From contig CAVTTL010000001.1 in NCBI GenBank assembly GCA_963737635.1, positions 992,001 through 1,056,000 on the forward strand: a stretch of 64,000 nt of DNA, written 5' to 3'. The notes beneath the pieces were generated by a model. It was not told where the DNA came from and made no database searches. It worked only from the letters and a program-made list of their open reading frames with translations. Shown piece after piece: positions 33,206 through 43,658 of the stretch (position 1 is the first letter of the stretch; each line of letters starts with the position of its first letter). Source of the DNA: an uncultured Methanoregulaceae archaeon (GTDB taxonomy: Archaea; Halobacteriota; Methanomicrobia; Methanomicrobiales; Methanospirillaceae). The translations under genes were made by a program, and so were the position numbers.

Positions 33206-34565
33206 ATGTGTACCGGAAGAAACGGTCAGCCACACGACCGGGAAGATCAACCCGGCAAAAACCTGCCAGCCTATCGGTGCAATGTATGCGGCTCTCGGTA
33301 TCCATGGATGCCTGCCGCACAGCCATGGCTCGCAGGGCTGCTGCGCATATCACCGCATGCACCTTACCCGGCACTTCCGCGACCCGGTGCTTGCGTCATC
33401 AAGTTCCTTTACGGAAGGAGCCTCCGTTTTTGGTGGGGCAGCGAACTTAAAGACCTCGATAAAAAATGTCTTTACGATCTACAATCCCGAGGTCATGGCA
33501 ATTCATACCACCTGCCTCTCGGAGACAATCGGCGATGATATTCCAAACATCCTCAAACAGGCCGAGATTCCCGAAGGAAAAGTGGTTATCCACGCCAACA
33601 CGCCAAGTTATGCGGGTTCGCATATCACGGGTTTCTCCAACATGTGCAAAGCGATGGTCTCCTATCTCGCCCAGTCCGATAGCGTGGACAAAAAAGAGCA
33701 GGCAAATGTCCTGCCGGGTTTTGTCAATCCCGGGGATATGCGGGAGATCCGACGCATCGTCTCGTCTCTCGGTATAAAACTGATCATGTTCCCGGACACC
33801 TCGGGGGTCCTTGACTCGCCCCTTACCAGCAGGTACCAGATGTATCCTGAAGGCGGGGCCACTGTTGCCGAGATCCGTGATTCAGGCAACTCTGTAGTCA
33901 CGCTCGCGCTTGGTGCATTCGCGTCCCACGATGCTGCCGATATTCTCCAGGAAAAATGCGGCGTTACTGGCATCCCCTTGAAACTCCCCATCGGTCTCAA
34001 GGCGACGGATGACTTTATCATGGCGTTAAAAGACTGGTTCGGTAGTGAAGTTCCCGGGACCCTGACACTCGAACGCGGCCAGGTTATCGACACACTTATC
34101 GACACACATTTCCATTACCAGGGAAAGACGGTCGCAATCTTCGGCGATCCTGATCATGTGATTGCCATGACCGAATTCGCCCTCACGATGGGTATGATCC
34201 CCAAATACCTGCTCACTGGTACGCCCGGGAAGGAGTTCGAAGCGACCATAAATGCTATGCTCGACGAAGCAGGCATTCAGGAACGACGGGTGAAAGCAGA
34301 AGGGGATCTCTTCGATCTCCATCAGTGGATCCGGGAAGAAAAAGTGGATCTCATGATTGGCACAACATATGGGAAATACATTGCCCGTGCGGAGGACATC
34401 CCTCTTGTCAGGTTCGGTTTTCCCATTCTTGACCGGGCCGTTCACCCCCTCATGCCTGTGGTTGGCTACCGGGGCTGCCTGCGCCTGATCGAGCAGATCA
34501 GTAACGCACTTCTCGAGCGCCGGGATCGCGATGCGCTTGACGAGGATTTCGAATTGGTTCTGTAA
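33198..34565 (+). CDS. nifK: Mo-nitrogenase beta chain
   Basis: INPAKTCQPIGA, HGSQGC, TTCLSETIGDD, TPSYAGSH, GFPILDR. Confidence 0.96.
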   Translation: MLECVPEETVSHTTGKINPAKTCQPIGAMYAALGIHGCLPHSHGSQGCCAYHRMHLTRHFRDPVLASSSSFTEGASVFGGAANLKTSIKNVFTIYNPEVMAIHTTCLSETIGDDIPNILKQAEIPEGKVVIHANTPSYAGSHITGFSNMCKAMVSYLAQSDSVDKKEQANVLPGFVNPGDMREIRRIVSSLGIKLIMFPDTSGVLDSPLTSRYQMYPEGGATVAEIRDSGNSVVTLALGAFASHDAADILQEKCGVTGIPLKLPIGLKATDDFIMALKDWFGSEVPGTLTLERGQVIDTLIDTHFHYQGKTVAIFGDPDHVIAMTEFALTMGMIPKYLLTGTPGKEFEATINAMLDEAGIQERRVKAEGDLFDLHQWIREEKVDLMIGTTYGKYIARAEDIPLVRFGFPILDRAVHPLMPVVGYRGCLRLIEQISNALLERRDRDALDEDFELVL

Positions 34566-34606
34566 ACAAAGAGTATTTCCTTAAAGAAAAGAGGGTGAAG
34601 GAGATT

Positions 34607-35999
34607 ATGGAAGATTCATGTTCGATCCCGGCAGGAGCGGTCGCGTGCATTGTCGAACGGCAGGATTCGATCCTGACCGCAGGCAAAAGCCGGGCCCGTA
34701 TCCATTGTGCGGATGACAGTCTTGCCGGTTCGGTCAGCCAGCGGGCCTGTGTATTCTGCGGGGCCCGGGTGGTTTTGAACCCGGTGACCGATGCGGCTCA
34801 TTTAGTCCATGGGCCTATCGGCTGCGCCACGTACACCATGGATATCCGGGGCAGCCTGTCCAGTGACTCCGAGCTGTACCGCAACAGCTTCTCAACAGAC
34901 ATGAAAGAAAGGGATGTGATCTTTGGTGGTGAGAAAAAACTTGCGGTTTGTATCGACGAAATAGCGGAAAAATACCACCCCCCGGCAATATTTGTCTATG
35001 CAACCTGCGTCTCGGGTATGATTGGCGACGATATAATCGCGGTCTGCAGAGCGGCGTCGGCACGGCATGGAATCGATGTGATCCCGGTCGAATCCAGCGG
35101 GTTTATTTCCGGCAACAAGGTCGTCGGCTACCGGGCCGCAGCTGAAGCTTTGCTCCGGCTCATTTGCCCAAAAGAGGGCCAAGTGATCGAAAAAACAAAA
35201 AAGATCAATTTCCTTGGTGAGTACAACCTCGGTGGAGAGAAGTGGGTGGTCGAACGGTACCTCAAAGAGATAGGCATTGAGATCAACGTCGCTTTCACCG
35301 GTGATTCGACCGTTGCAGCGCTCAAACGAGCACCCTCAGCATTCCTGAACTTGGTTCAGTGTACCGGTTCGATGCATTGGGTTGCAGCCAGCCTCGAACG
35401 ATCGTTTGGTACCCCATATATGGATGTAAACTTTTTCGGGCCGGAGAATACAGCGGAGAGCCTGCGAAAAATCGCCGCATTCTATAACGACGAAAACATC
35501 ACCCGCCGCACGGAAATCCTCATCGACCGGGAGATGGGCCGTATCCGCCCTGTACCTGGAGAAATACCGGAGCAAGCTTCGGGGAAAACGAGCGGCCATC
35601 TACGTGGGTGGTGCGTACAAGGCGATCGCCATCATCCGCCAGCTCCGGGGACTCGGCATGGAAATCGTGCTCTCCGGTACCCAGACCGGTAAACAGGATG
35701 AGTACGAGAGCATGGGCAGGATGCTCTCGGAAGGCACGATCATCATAGATGACGCAAACCCGGCCGAACTCGAAAAATTCCTGCTCGAAAAGAACGTGGA
35801 TGTGATGATTGGTGGCGTAAAAGAGCGCGCGCTCGCATATAAACTCGGGATCGGTTTTGTCGACCACAACCATGACAGGAAAGACAGCCTTGCCGGGTTC
35901 GATGGCGCCGTCCGGTTTGCCCACGAAGTTTCTGTCACTACGTGTTCGCCAGTCTGGGAGCATATCAGGACCCCGGTCAGAGGAGGGATCCAGCTATGA
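34607..35999 (+). CDS. nifE: FeMo-co scaffold NifE; frameshift near 35551
   Basis: SQRACVFCGA, HGPIGC, ATCVSGMIGDD, LVQC; continues AAIYVGGAYK...DHNHDR in the next frame. Confidence 0.92.
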
Positions 36000-37396
36000 C
36001 GGGCATCAAGGTTGCAACCCTGCCTGCAATTCTTCCCCGGGCAAGACAGGTCAGCGAGAACCAGTGCCATATGTGTATGCCGATCGGGGCTGTCACCGCA
36101 TTCAAGGGCATTGAGAACGCGATGGTCCTTGTGCACGGTTCACAGGGGTGCAGCACGTACATGCGACTTGCAAACATCGAGCATTACAACGAACCGGTCG
36201 ATATCGCCTCGTCTTCGCTGAACGAGAAACAAACCATCTACGGTGGCGAAGCCAACCTCAGGAAAGCCATGGATAATGTTATCAGGGTATACCAACCGGA
36301 GGTGCTGGGTATCCTGACTACCTGCCTTTCCGAGACCATGGGAGAGGATCTTGAACGCATTGTCTCTTCATATGTGCAGGAGAAAAAAATCGCCGGCGTC
36401 GACATCATCCCGGTGAACACACCCAGTTACAGCGGAACGCATACCGAGGGGTTCTGGGCGGCGACCCGTGGTGTAATCTCATACTACGCCCGACCAACGC
36501 GGCCGCACCGGCGCATCAACGTCATCGTTCCGCACATCAGTCCGGCCGATATACGGGAGATCAGACGCATCCTCGACTGTACGGGACTCTCGTATACACT
36601 GGTACCGGACTATTCGATGACTCTTGACCGCCCCTACGGGGGAAGGTACCAGAAAATACCTTCAGGAGGAACGCCGGTAAAAGAGATCGCAGAAATGGCC
36701 GGGGCACCGGTGACCATCCAGTTCGGGACAACCTGCCCCGATACCCTGTCGCCAGGCTTGTACCTGGAACAGGCGTATGGAGTACCCCTCATCAATCTAC
36801 CACTACCTATCGGCCTCAAAAACACGGATCTCTTTGTTGATACCGTCACAAAGATCAGTGGGCAGCCTATGCCGGATGAGCTTATACTCGAACGCGGCTG
36901 GCTTCTCGATGGCATGGCCGATTCGCATAAGTTCAACGCTGATGGGAGGCCGGTCATCTATGGTGAACCCGAGCTGGTGTACGCCTTTGCCACGCTTTGC
37001 GCAGAGAACGGAGCCCCGCCGGTAGTTATTGCTAGCGGCACACAAAACAGCCTGATTGCCGAACGACTCGCCTTGAGGATCGACTCGGCCGATGAAAAGC
37101 CGGTCCTCCTTGAAGGAGCCGATATTGCCGCAATCGAAGAAGCGGTGTTACGTGCCGGATCAAACATTGCAATAGGCCATTCCGGAGGAAAGTCGCTTTC
37201 CGAGCGCCACGGCATCCCGCTTGTCAGGGTTGGTTTTCCCGTCCACGACCGCACAGGAGGACAGCGGATCCTCTCGGCCGGATACCGGGGTACTCTTGCC
37301 TTTCTCGACCGGTTCACAAACACGCTTCTGGAAACCAAGTATGCCACGTACCGCAGGAAGATAAAAGAAGAACTCTGTATCACCGAAGGTGTCTGA
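35996..37396 (+). CDS. nifN: FeMo-co scaffold NifN
   Basis: ENQCHMCMPIGA, HGSQGC, TTCLSETMGED, GFPVHDR. Confidence 0.92.
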   Translation: MTGIKVATLPAILPRARQVSENQCHMCMPIGAVTAFKGIENAMVLVHGSQGCSTYMRLANIEHYNEPVDIASSSLNEKQTIYGGEANLRKAMDNVIRVYQPEVLGILTTCLSETMGEDLERIVSSYVQEKKIAGVDIIPVNTPSYSGTHTEGFWAATRGVISYYARPTRPHRRINVIVPHISPADIREIRRILDCTGLSYTLVPDYSMTLDRPYGGRYQKIPSGGTPVKEIAEMAGAPVTIQFGTTCPDTLSPGLYLEQAYGVPLINLPLPIGLKNTDLFVDTVTKISGQPMPDELILERGWLLDGMADSHKFNADGRPVIYGEPELVYAFATLCAENGAPPVVIASGTQNSLIAERLALRIDSADEKPVLLEGADIAAIEEAVLRAGSNIAIGHSGGKSLSERHGIPLVRVGFPVHDRTGGQRILSAGYRGTLAFLDRFTNTLLETKYATYRRKIKEELCITEGV

Positions 37397-37398
37397 TT

Positions 37399-37707
37399 AT
37401 GCAAAAACCCAAGCACCATATCTTTGTCTGTACCAGCTCCCGTGCGAACGGGCAGCAGAAAGGATTCTGCCACTCCAAAGAGGGCGTTGACATTATGTCA
37501 AAATTCATGGAAGAGATTGAAGAACGCGATATGGGTGGAGAGGTCTTCCTCTCCAATACAGGCTGTTTCGGGATCTGCGAAAAAGGCCCTGTCGTCGTCG
37601 TGTACCCGGACAATGTCTGGTACGGATCGGTCTCTCCAGATGACGTTCCCGTGATCCTCGACGAACACATTGAAGGGGGAAAAGTAGTGGACCGCCTGGT
37701 AATCTGA
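37399..37707 (+). CDS. Thioredoxin-like [2Fe-2S] ferredoxin (nif-associated)
   Basis: HIFVCTSSR...GFC...TGCFGICEKGP..VVYPDNVWY. Confidence 0.9.
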   Translation: MQKPKHHIFVCTSSRANGQQKGFCHSKEGVDIMSKFMEEIEERDMGGEVFLSNTGCFGICEKGPVVVVYPDNVWYGSVSPDDVPVILDEHIEGGKVVDRLVI

Positions 37708-37732
37708 AAAGGATTGCGCAGGCTGGAAGTGA

Positions 37733-38374
37733 ATGATGGCAGAAGAGATAGCAGCAATCCTTGGCGAAGATGGCGTGAGTTCCCCGTTGAACGAAAAGGG
37801 AACGGTTGTCGTATTTGTGCGCACAGAAGGGGCTTGGAAAAAAGATCGCGAGGTGTTGCTCGTCATCGACCCGGCAAAAGGCATCAAAGATATGCGGGAA
37901 AAAATGGCGGAACTCATACGATTTCTCGGTCCATGCCGGATTCTCATTACCGCGTCGGCCAGCGGAGCACTATATTTTGAGCTGGAGAAAGCCCGGTGCT
38001 CCATTTGGGAAATTTCCGGGAAGCCTCAGGAGTTTTTCAGCCAGGTTTGGGCGGAGGAAGAAAAAGAGAGATCAAAAGAAAGGATCCCTGCACAGACACC
38101 GGGAGTGTCCGGGATACCGGTACCTGTGGAAAAAACCCCGGGCACGTTCAGCATCTCGATAAAAGAAGTCCAAGGTAAGCGCCCGGATATATCAAGCAAG
38201 CAGGTGCTCCAACAGTTCATCCAGAGAGGGGGATTTCTGGTTCTTGATATCACCTGCTCCCATGTGCCACCCTGGATAGAAGTCGAGGCAGAGCGCCGTG
38301 GCTATATTCTTGAAACCGAACAGGTAGATAGCAACACCATGAAAGTCAGGCTGACGACATCTGCAAGTCGGTAA
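37733..38374 (+). CDS. AnfO-family nitrogenase accessory protein
   Basis: EIAAILGEDG, YFELEKARCSIWE, SSKQVLQQF, CSHVPPW motifs typical of AnfO-like proteins. Confidence 0.72.
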   Translation: MMAEEIAAILGEDGVSSPLNEKGTVVVFVRTEGAWKKDREVLLVIDPAKGIKDMREKMAELIRFLGPCRILITASASGALYFELEKARCSIWEISGKPQEFFSQVWAEEEKERSKERIPAQTPGVSGIPVPVEKTPGTFSISIKEVQGKRPDISSKQVLQQFIQRGGFLVLDITCSHVPPWIEVEAERRGYILETEQVDSNTMKVRLTTSASR

Positions 38375-38456
38375 AATTATATAAATCAACATCATCAGAG
38401 GGTTAGAACGAAGAAACGAACAATCTCCAGTGCTTACGAAAAAGGAAGGGAAATTC

Positions 38457-38786
38457 ATGAAGATGATTCAGGCAATAATAAGGTCCGAGAGACTGGACGG
38501 CGTTAAAAAGGCGCTCGAAGAGAAAGGCTTCATCGCCATGAGTATCATGGAAATCACCGGCAGGGGAGAACAGAAAGGCATCACCCTTGAATACCGGGGG
38601 GCAATGGTAGAAGTGGACACACTTCCCAAGATCATGCTCCAGATGGCTGTCGATGACGAGGATGTCGATCCTATCATTGCGATCATCCGGGCCGCAGGAA
38701 GGACGGGGAATTTTGGCGATGGAAAGATATTTGTCTGGCCGCTCGATCTGATGGCCAAGGTCCGGACTGATGAAGTATGGAGATGA
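38457..38786 (+). CDS. PII nitrogen regulator (GlnK/GlnB-like)
   Basis: MKMIQAIIR, GRGEQKG, EYRG...LPK, TGNFGDGKIF; own TATA-like TTATATAAA near 38377. Confidence 0.9.
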   Translation: MKMIQAIIRSERLDGVKKALEEKGFIAMSIMEITGRGEQKGITLEYRGAMVEVDTLPKIMLQMAVDDEDVDPIIAIIRAAGRTGNFGDGKIFVWPLDLMAKVRTDEVWR

Positions 38787-38860
38787 AACCCGGGTTTTGT
38801 AAATAAAGGCAATACAGAAAATTTCTGGTAGTTTCATATAGGCACGGTGAGGTCCCAGCG

Positions 38861-39838
38861 ATGCTCAAAGCAGGTGACATGGTTTGCGATTACAAAATCG
38901 TAGGATTACTGGGTCAGGGCGGGTTCAGCCAGATCTACAAGGCATATGCCCCCGATGGTACATTTGTGATCCTTAAGTTTCCGGATGTCTCCCTGCTTGG
39001 CGATCAGGCGACCTACGAACGTTTCCGGCGGGAGGTCGCTATCGGGCAGAAACTAAACCATCCCGCTATTCCGCGTGCAATCAGCTTTGTAGAGGGGTCC
39101 GATTCGGTCTTTCTCGTTATGGAATATATTGATGGGTCATCTCTGCGCACGTACCTCAGCGAAAAAGCACCTCTTCCCCTTAAGGAAGGGCTTTTTCTTG
39201 CAGACCAGCTTGCTGAGGCAATCGAGTATCTGCATTCTCACGGTGTCTATCACCGGGACCTTAAACCGGAGAATATTATTGTCGGACCCGATGATAAGAT
39301 CCATATCCTCGATTTCGGGAGTGCGTTGCTCGAAGGTTCCCGCCGCGTGACTTGGAGGTGGGCATCAAATGCCTTTGGGACACCGGACTATATGGCACCT
39401 GAGCAGATTCAGGGAAAACGGGGGGATGCACGGACCGATGTGTACGCACTTGGGATGATCGTATATGAGATGCTGACCGGGACATTACCGTTCCAGGGAG
39501 ACAATGTCCTCGCAGTCATGAACCAGCACCTGACCGGAGTCCCGGCTTCTCCCCGCGTGCTCATGCCTTCAATCCCTGAAAGCATCGAGGCAGTGATACT
39601 TAAGTCGATACGCCGCGATCCTGATGAGCGTTATCAGTCTGCGAGTGCTTTCCGGTATGATATGGAGCATTTTGTAGATCTCGATCTCTCACAATTCCAT
39701 TGGGAACCTGAGGGGGCCGCCAGCGGAGGGGTACTCACCAATCGCCAGATCTGGCTGCGGACCATCTTGGTTGTTGTCGTTTTCCTGGCAATAGCGATAC
39801 TACTTGTCCTCGCGGCATATCTGATGCATCATCACTAA
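38861..39838 (+). CDS. Hanks-type Ser/Thr protein kinase (PknB-like) with a C-terminal TM anchor
   Basis: GQGGFS, VILK, HRDLKPEN, DFG, GTPDYMAPEQ, DVYALG; terminal hydrophobic helix; no extracellular domain. Confidence 0.93.
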   Translation: MLKAGDMVCDYKIVGLLGQGGFSQIYKAYAPDGTFVILKFPDVSLLGDQATYERFRREVAIGQKLNHPAIPRAISFVEGSDSVFLVMEYIDGSSLRTYLSEKAPLPLKEGLFLADQLAEAIEYLHSHGVYHRDLKPENIIVGPDDKIHILDFGSALLEGSRRVTWRWASNAFGTPDYMAPEQIQGKRGDARTDVYALGMIVYEMLTGTLPFQGDNVLAVMNQHLTGVPASPRVLMPSIPESIEAVILKSIRRDPDERYQSASAFRYDMEHFVDLDLSQFHWEPEGAASGGVLTNRQIWLRTILVVVVFLAIAILLVLAAYLMHHH

Positions 39839-40022
39839 AACCAAACTCGTAAAGTGTATTTTCAAAATTGAATCCTTCAAGCGATTCCAGCGGTTTTCCC
39901 GCACACTTTTTGGGATCAAAACCTGCGTATCAATTGGAAAGAATCTTTCATTTTATAAATTCTGTAAGGGTAACCCCGTCACATAAAATAATAGTTCCCG
40001 GACCCTATGTTTCACGCGGTCA

Positions 40023-40457
40023 TTATACCAGCGCACTGTCGCCCTGTTCCCCGTTCCTCACCCGGATAGCGCTGACCATGGGGCAGACAAAGATCTTCCC
40101 GTCTCCATGGCGCCCCGTCTGGTTTACTGCAATAAGTGTCTTGATTACGGGAATCACATCGCCGTCGTTTGCGACGATAATCAGCATTCTTTGTGGCTGG
40201 AACCCGTATGCCCTCTCCTTTTCAGCAGGTTGGCTGCTGGTAGGAGCTGCCGACGCCGGAACGGCATCCTGCTGGAGTGGATGCCTGCCTGCATAAGGGT
40301 AGCGATCCCCCCCGGGAAGGCGGGGCAGGATCATTCCTTTCTGTAGACCTTTTCCTGTGACATGAAGGAACGTGAAGCCATGTACGCCGAGCTTCGTGAG
40401 GGCGGACTTGGTCTCTTCTGCTTTCTCATTTCTGATGATGGCGATGATCTTCTTCAT
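40023..40457 (-). CDS. PII-family protein, NifI2-like, with a long Pro/Ser/Thr-rich T-loop
   Basis: MKKIIAIIR, GKGLQKG, NQTGRHGDGKIF, IRVRNGEQG. Confidence 0.88.
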   Translation of the reverse strand: MKKIIAIIRNEKAEETKSALTKLGVHGFTFLHVTGKGLQKGMILPRLPGGDRYPYAGRHPLQQDAVPASAAPTSSQPAEKERAYGFQPQRMLIIVANDGDVIPVIKTLIAVNQTGRHGDGKIFVCPMVSAIRVRNGEQGDSALV

Positions 40458-40833
40458 ATCGGAGTACCGGTATTAGCCGGAAGGCCCCGACCGTTCCTGC
40501 GGTTTTCAGCCGTTCTGATAGTATACGCGTCTTCAACGTAGGTTATAAAGATCTTGCCGTCCCCGACAGCCCCGTGACCGGGATTCTCTTTTTGCCAAGT
40601 TCTTGCCATGGTACTGATAATTTTCACGGCACGTGCGACATCGATATCCGGGAGTACGAGCATGAGCATTTCTTTTGGAATCTCAGAATAGTTGACGGAA
40701 CCTGCCGTAATTCCTATCTCAGCTCCATGACCAGTCACGTGGAGACGTGTCATCGCGCTGATTCCGGTTTTCTCCAGTGCATCGATCACTTTTTGTGAAT
40801 ATTCCGCCGGATAATTGCCCAGATCATTTTCAT
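40454..40833 (-). CDS. PII-family protein, NifI1-like; 1-nt deletion near 40806
   Basis: MKMIWAIIR(P)EYSQKVIDALEK..., NYSEIPK, GDGKIF, YTIRT. Confidence 0.85.
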
Positions 40834-40978
40834 AGATACATCACCACAACATTCAGAATGAAGCCGGGTATCTGTTTTCCGATGGCTGGATCACCGTACC
40901 AGGAATCGTGGGTTCCTTTAACGCTCTTTTTCATGTCTGCTGGTGAATAGAGACGGTTGCGGTTCATAAAGTACCAAA

Positions 40979-41848
40979 TTACCTTTTTCCAAGGAGTGAC
41001 CGCCATGAAAACGGAATGGTTGCTTGTTTTCCGATAATATCGATATGAAACATAATGCCAGTGATGTTGTCTGGTGCTCCCCGGCTCAGCGCAAGCCGGA
41101 CCAGTTTTTCACATCCCCTGCTCATGTCATTCTCCTTTAAGGCGGACTGTATCTCCTCATCAGTAAGTTCTGACCATAAACCATCGCTGCAGAGAAGGTA
41201 AGTGTCGCCCTGCTGTACCTTCTGGTGGGTAATGTCGGCATTCATGAACGGTTCCCCGCCAACGGAACGGGTAAGCTGGTGGCGGCCCGGATGCTGTGAG
41301 GCCTGTTCAGAAGAGATCAGGTGAATCTGGAGCATGTCGCTTGCCATGGTGTGATCCCGGGTCAGTTGATCGATACGATCTTCTCTCATCCGGTAAAGGC
41401 GGCAGTCGCCAACATGGCCGATAACCAGTGAATCGTTGTCCAACACAGCGATGGTTAATGTGGTCTGCATTTTCCGGAACAACTCCGGATCGGTCTGGGC
41501 TACACAGAAAATTTTCTGGTTTGCATTTTGCATCGCCCGGCTGACTACACGGTCCGCCCCTCCTCCGTGCCATGTATGAAATTCCTCTTTTATAGCTTTG
41601 AGGGCCATCCTGCTTGCGATTGCACCGCCCCGGTGTCCGCCAAGGCCGTCAGCTACAGCAAAGACATACCGCGATGAGGACTCGGTATCGGTTTTTCCTT
41701 CGATAACGTGAGTAACCCAGTGGGCGTCTTCATTCTGGGATCTCGTCAGACCCTGATGGGTAATAGCCCGCCATGTAACGATTACGCCGACAAGATTTGG
41801 CGCCTTAACCGTAGGCACGATTACCGAATTTTCTCCCATGATGACCAC
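40979..41848 (-). CDS. PP2C/PPM family Ser/Thr phosphatase (Stp1/PrpC-like)
   Basis: RSQNED, AVADGLGG, HVGDCR, TRDH, LCSDGL, DNIT; metal-binding Asp residues intact. Confidence 0.93.
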   Translation of the reverse strand: MVIMGENSVIVPTVKAPNLVGVIVTWRAITHQGLTRSQNEDAHWVTHVIEGKTDTESSSRYVFAVADGLGGHRGGAIASRMALKAIKEEFHTWHGGGADRVVSRAMQNANQKIFCVAQTDPELFRKMQTTLTIAVLDNDSLVIGHVGDCRLYRMREDRIDQLTRDHTMASDMLQIHLISSEQASQHPGRHQLTRSVGGEPFMNADITHQKVQQGDTYLLCSDGLWSELTDEEIQSALKENDMSRGCEKLVRLALSRGAPDNITGIMFHIDIIGKQATIPFSWRSLLGKR

Positions 41849-41976
41849 ATGATTCTATCTATGATTAAAAGATATGGATACCGGATCCGGCAGATACCTG
41901 CCAAGATATGTTACCGGTACCCTTTTTCTTTTTAACTCCAGGCTGTTGTTTTATCGTCTATTGCCAATGTCAAAAA

Positions 41977-43560
41977 TTATGCATCATCCTGTTCCAGTCC
42001 GGTTGCCCGTGGCAGGTGTCCGGACATGATAGGTCGGCCCTGTTTTTTCGTGTTGGAAATGAACCAGATTGCCCCGGCTACCAGCCAAACTATGACCATC
42101 GCAATCGCAATCAGAGCATCAGTTGCTGAACTGCCTCCGGCACTGACACCGAGCCAGACAACCGCACCAAGCATGACGAAATTTGCCAAGAAACCGAGTA
42201 GTGGTACTATGCGGTGTTTCAGGAGGTTGGCATCAGAACGGTGGAAGAAGGCCCAGAGAGCAATGAGGTTTGTCAGGCCGTACAGGAGGAACGTGCCGGT
42301 GTTAGATGCAAGGGTAATCTGGGTCAGATTGTCTATGTTGAGGACTCCGTACGCGCCTAAAGCTGCAGATACAGCGACCAGGATCCAGATACCGTAATGC
42401 GGGGTGTCGTATTTACCATGCAGGATACCAAGCAGCGTAGGCATCTCTTCGTCTTTACCCATAGCGTAGGTAATCCGGACACCGGTGTTAAAGCATGCAA
42501 GGGTTGTCCCGATCAATGCGAGCACTACTGTTGCAGCCATAATTAAAACCAGCACAAATCCCGTGCCTCCTAGCATCTGGTCGCCGATTACCCGGATCAT
42601 ATCGCCGATAGGAGCTCCGGAAGCCGCCGCTGCTGTATAACCCGAGATTGCCGCTCCGGTTGCATCGGTTCCGGTTAGTTGTGGACCGACAAAATAATTT
42701 GCAGCGAAATACTCGAACAAATAGGCGAATGCACCCTGAATGATAAGAGAGAGAAGGATTGCTTTTTTAATATCCTGTTTTGGCCGGAGCGCTTCGGAAC
42801 CTAGCGATGTCACCGACTCGAAACCCACCAACAGCAGAATTGCGATGGTCGACTGGAAGAGCAGGTTCGTGAAGTTGTGCGGTATAAGGATTGTTGAAAC
42901 GGATGTGGCGTATACCAGATTGGGGTGAGTCTCTCGGTACAGAATTGCCAGTATCGAAAAACCGATAAGTGCCACCAACTGGATGGTGTTGATGACGATA
43001 GCAGTCATGGTCGAACCGGTTATTCCGCGGTATGCAATATAGCCGTTGAGAACGGCGAACAACACGGCAACAAGAATCTGTTCCGGGACTGACAGGGCAA
43101 TCCCAAAGAGGCCGAAGATATAGACAATCAGGATAGCCGAAAAGGCCACCATGATACCCGGATAAATCCAGTAATACAGATGAGATATCCAGCCTACCAG
43201 AAATTTAACGATTCGTGCCCATTTGCGATGCTCTGCTTTTTCTTTCTCGAGAAACGAGGCTTCAGCATAATAATAGGACGAACCGGCGCCGGCTTTGGGA
43301 TAGATGTTTGCCAGTTCTGCGTACGAGATTGCCGTCAAAAACGCAAGAACGAGTGCGGCTAAAAGGCCGGTCCACATCTCGCCCGCGGTCGTTACGCCAC
43401 CGTTGGTTTGCGCGGCTTGTACCTGGAATGTGGTCCAGAGAAAGGCCCCCGGGGCAATCAACGCCATGGCATTGACCAAGAGCGAGGTGAGATTTAATGT
43501 ACGTTTCATTGTTCCGGTTTTGGGAACAGTTGCCTGATTTCCTTCCTGTGATGATGTCAT
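41977..43560 (-). CDS. APC superfamily permease
   Basis: ~12 TM helices; AISYAELA..YPKAGAG, VGFESVTSLGSEA, RITYAMG. Confidence 0.9.
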   Translation of the reverse strand: MTSSQEGNQATVPKTGTMKRTLNLTSLLVNAMALIAPGAFLWTTFQVQAAQTNGGVTTAGEMWTGLLAALVLAFLTAISYAELANIYPKAGAGSSYYYAEASFLEKEKAEHRKWARIVKFLVGWISHLYYWIYPGIMVAFSAILIVYIFGLFGIALSVPEQILVAVLFAVLNGYIAYRGITGSTMTAIVINTIQLVALIGFSILAILYRETHPNLVYATSVSTILIPHNFTNLLFQSTIAILLLVGFESVTSLGSEALRPKQDIKKAILLSLIIQGAFAYLFEYFAANYFVGPQLTGTDATGAAISGYTAAAASGAPIGDMIRVIGDQMLGGTGFVLVLIMAATVVLALIGTTLACFNTGVRITYAMGKDEEMPTLLGILHGKYDTPHYGIWILVAVSAALGAYGVLNIDNLTQITLASNTGTFLLYGLTNLIALWAFFHRSDANLLKHRIVPLLGFLANFVMLGAVVWLGVSAGGSSATDALIAIAMVIVWLVAGAIWFISNTKKQGRPIMSGHLPRATGLEQDDA

Positions 43561-43644
43561 CTTAATGTATCTCCCTTGACAGGATAAGATTTTCAATTGA
43601 AGTATGGCTTTTCAGGAACGATCATCTGCTCATGAGCAACCATT

Positions 43645-43658
43645 GGAAAGTAGATTCC
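43645..43658. promoter_or_regulatory. NrpR-type operator GGAA-N6-TTCC
   Basis: GGAA-AGTAGA-TTCC, exact consensus, between a minus-strand TATA-like element (~43667-43680) and the APC start codon. Confidence 0.65.

Noticed and set aside
34607-35999. nifE (and lon, hmgA, ribK) as pseudogenes or programmed frameshifts
   Set aside because: Both halves are well conserved, I saw no slippery heptamers, and indels are scattered window-wide, which points to sequencing error.
38444-40916. Extra NrpR-like sites at 38444-38457 (GGAA-N6-TTCA) and 40902-40916 (GGAA-N7-TTCC)
   Set aside because: One has a mismatch and overlaps a purine-rich RBS, the other has the wrong spacing; both are compatible with chance.
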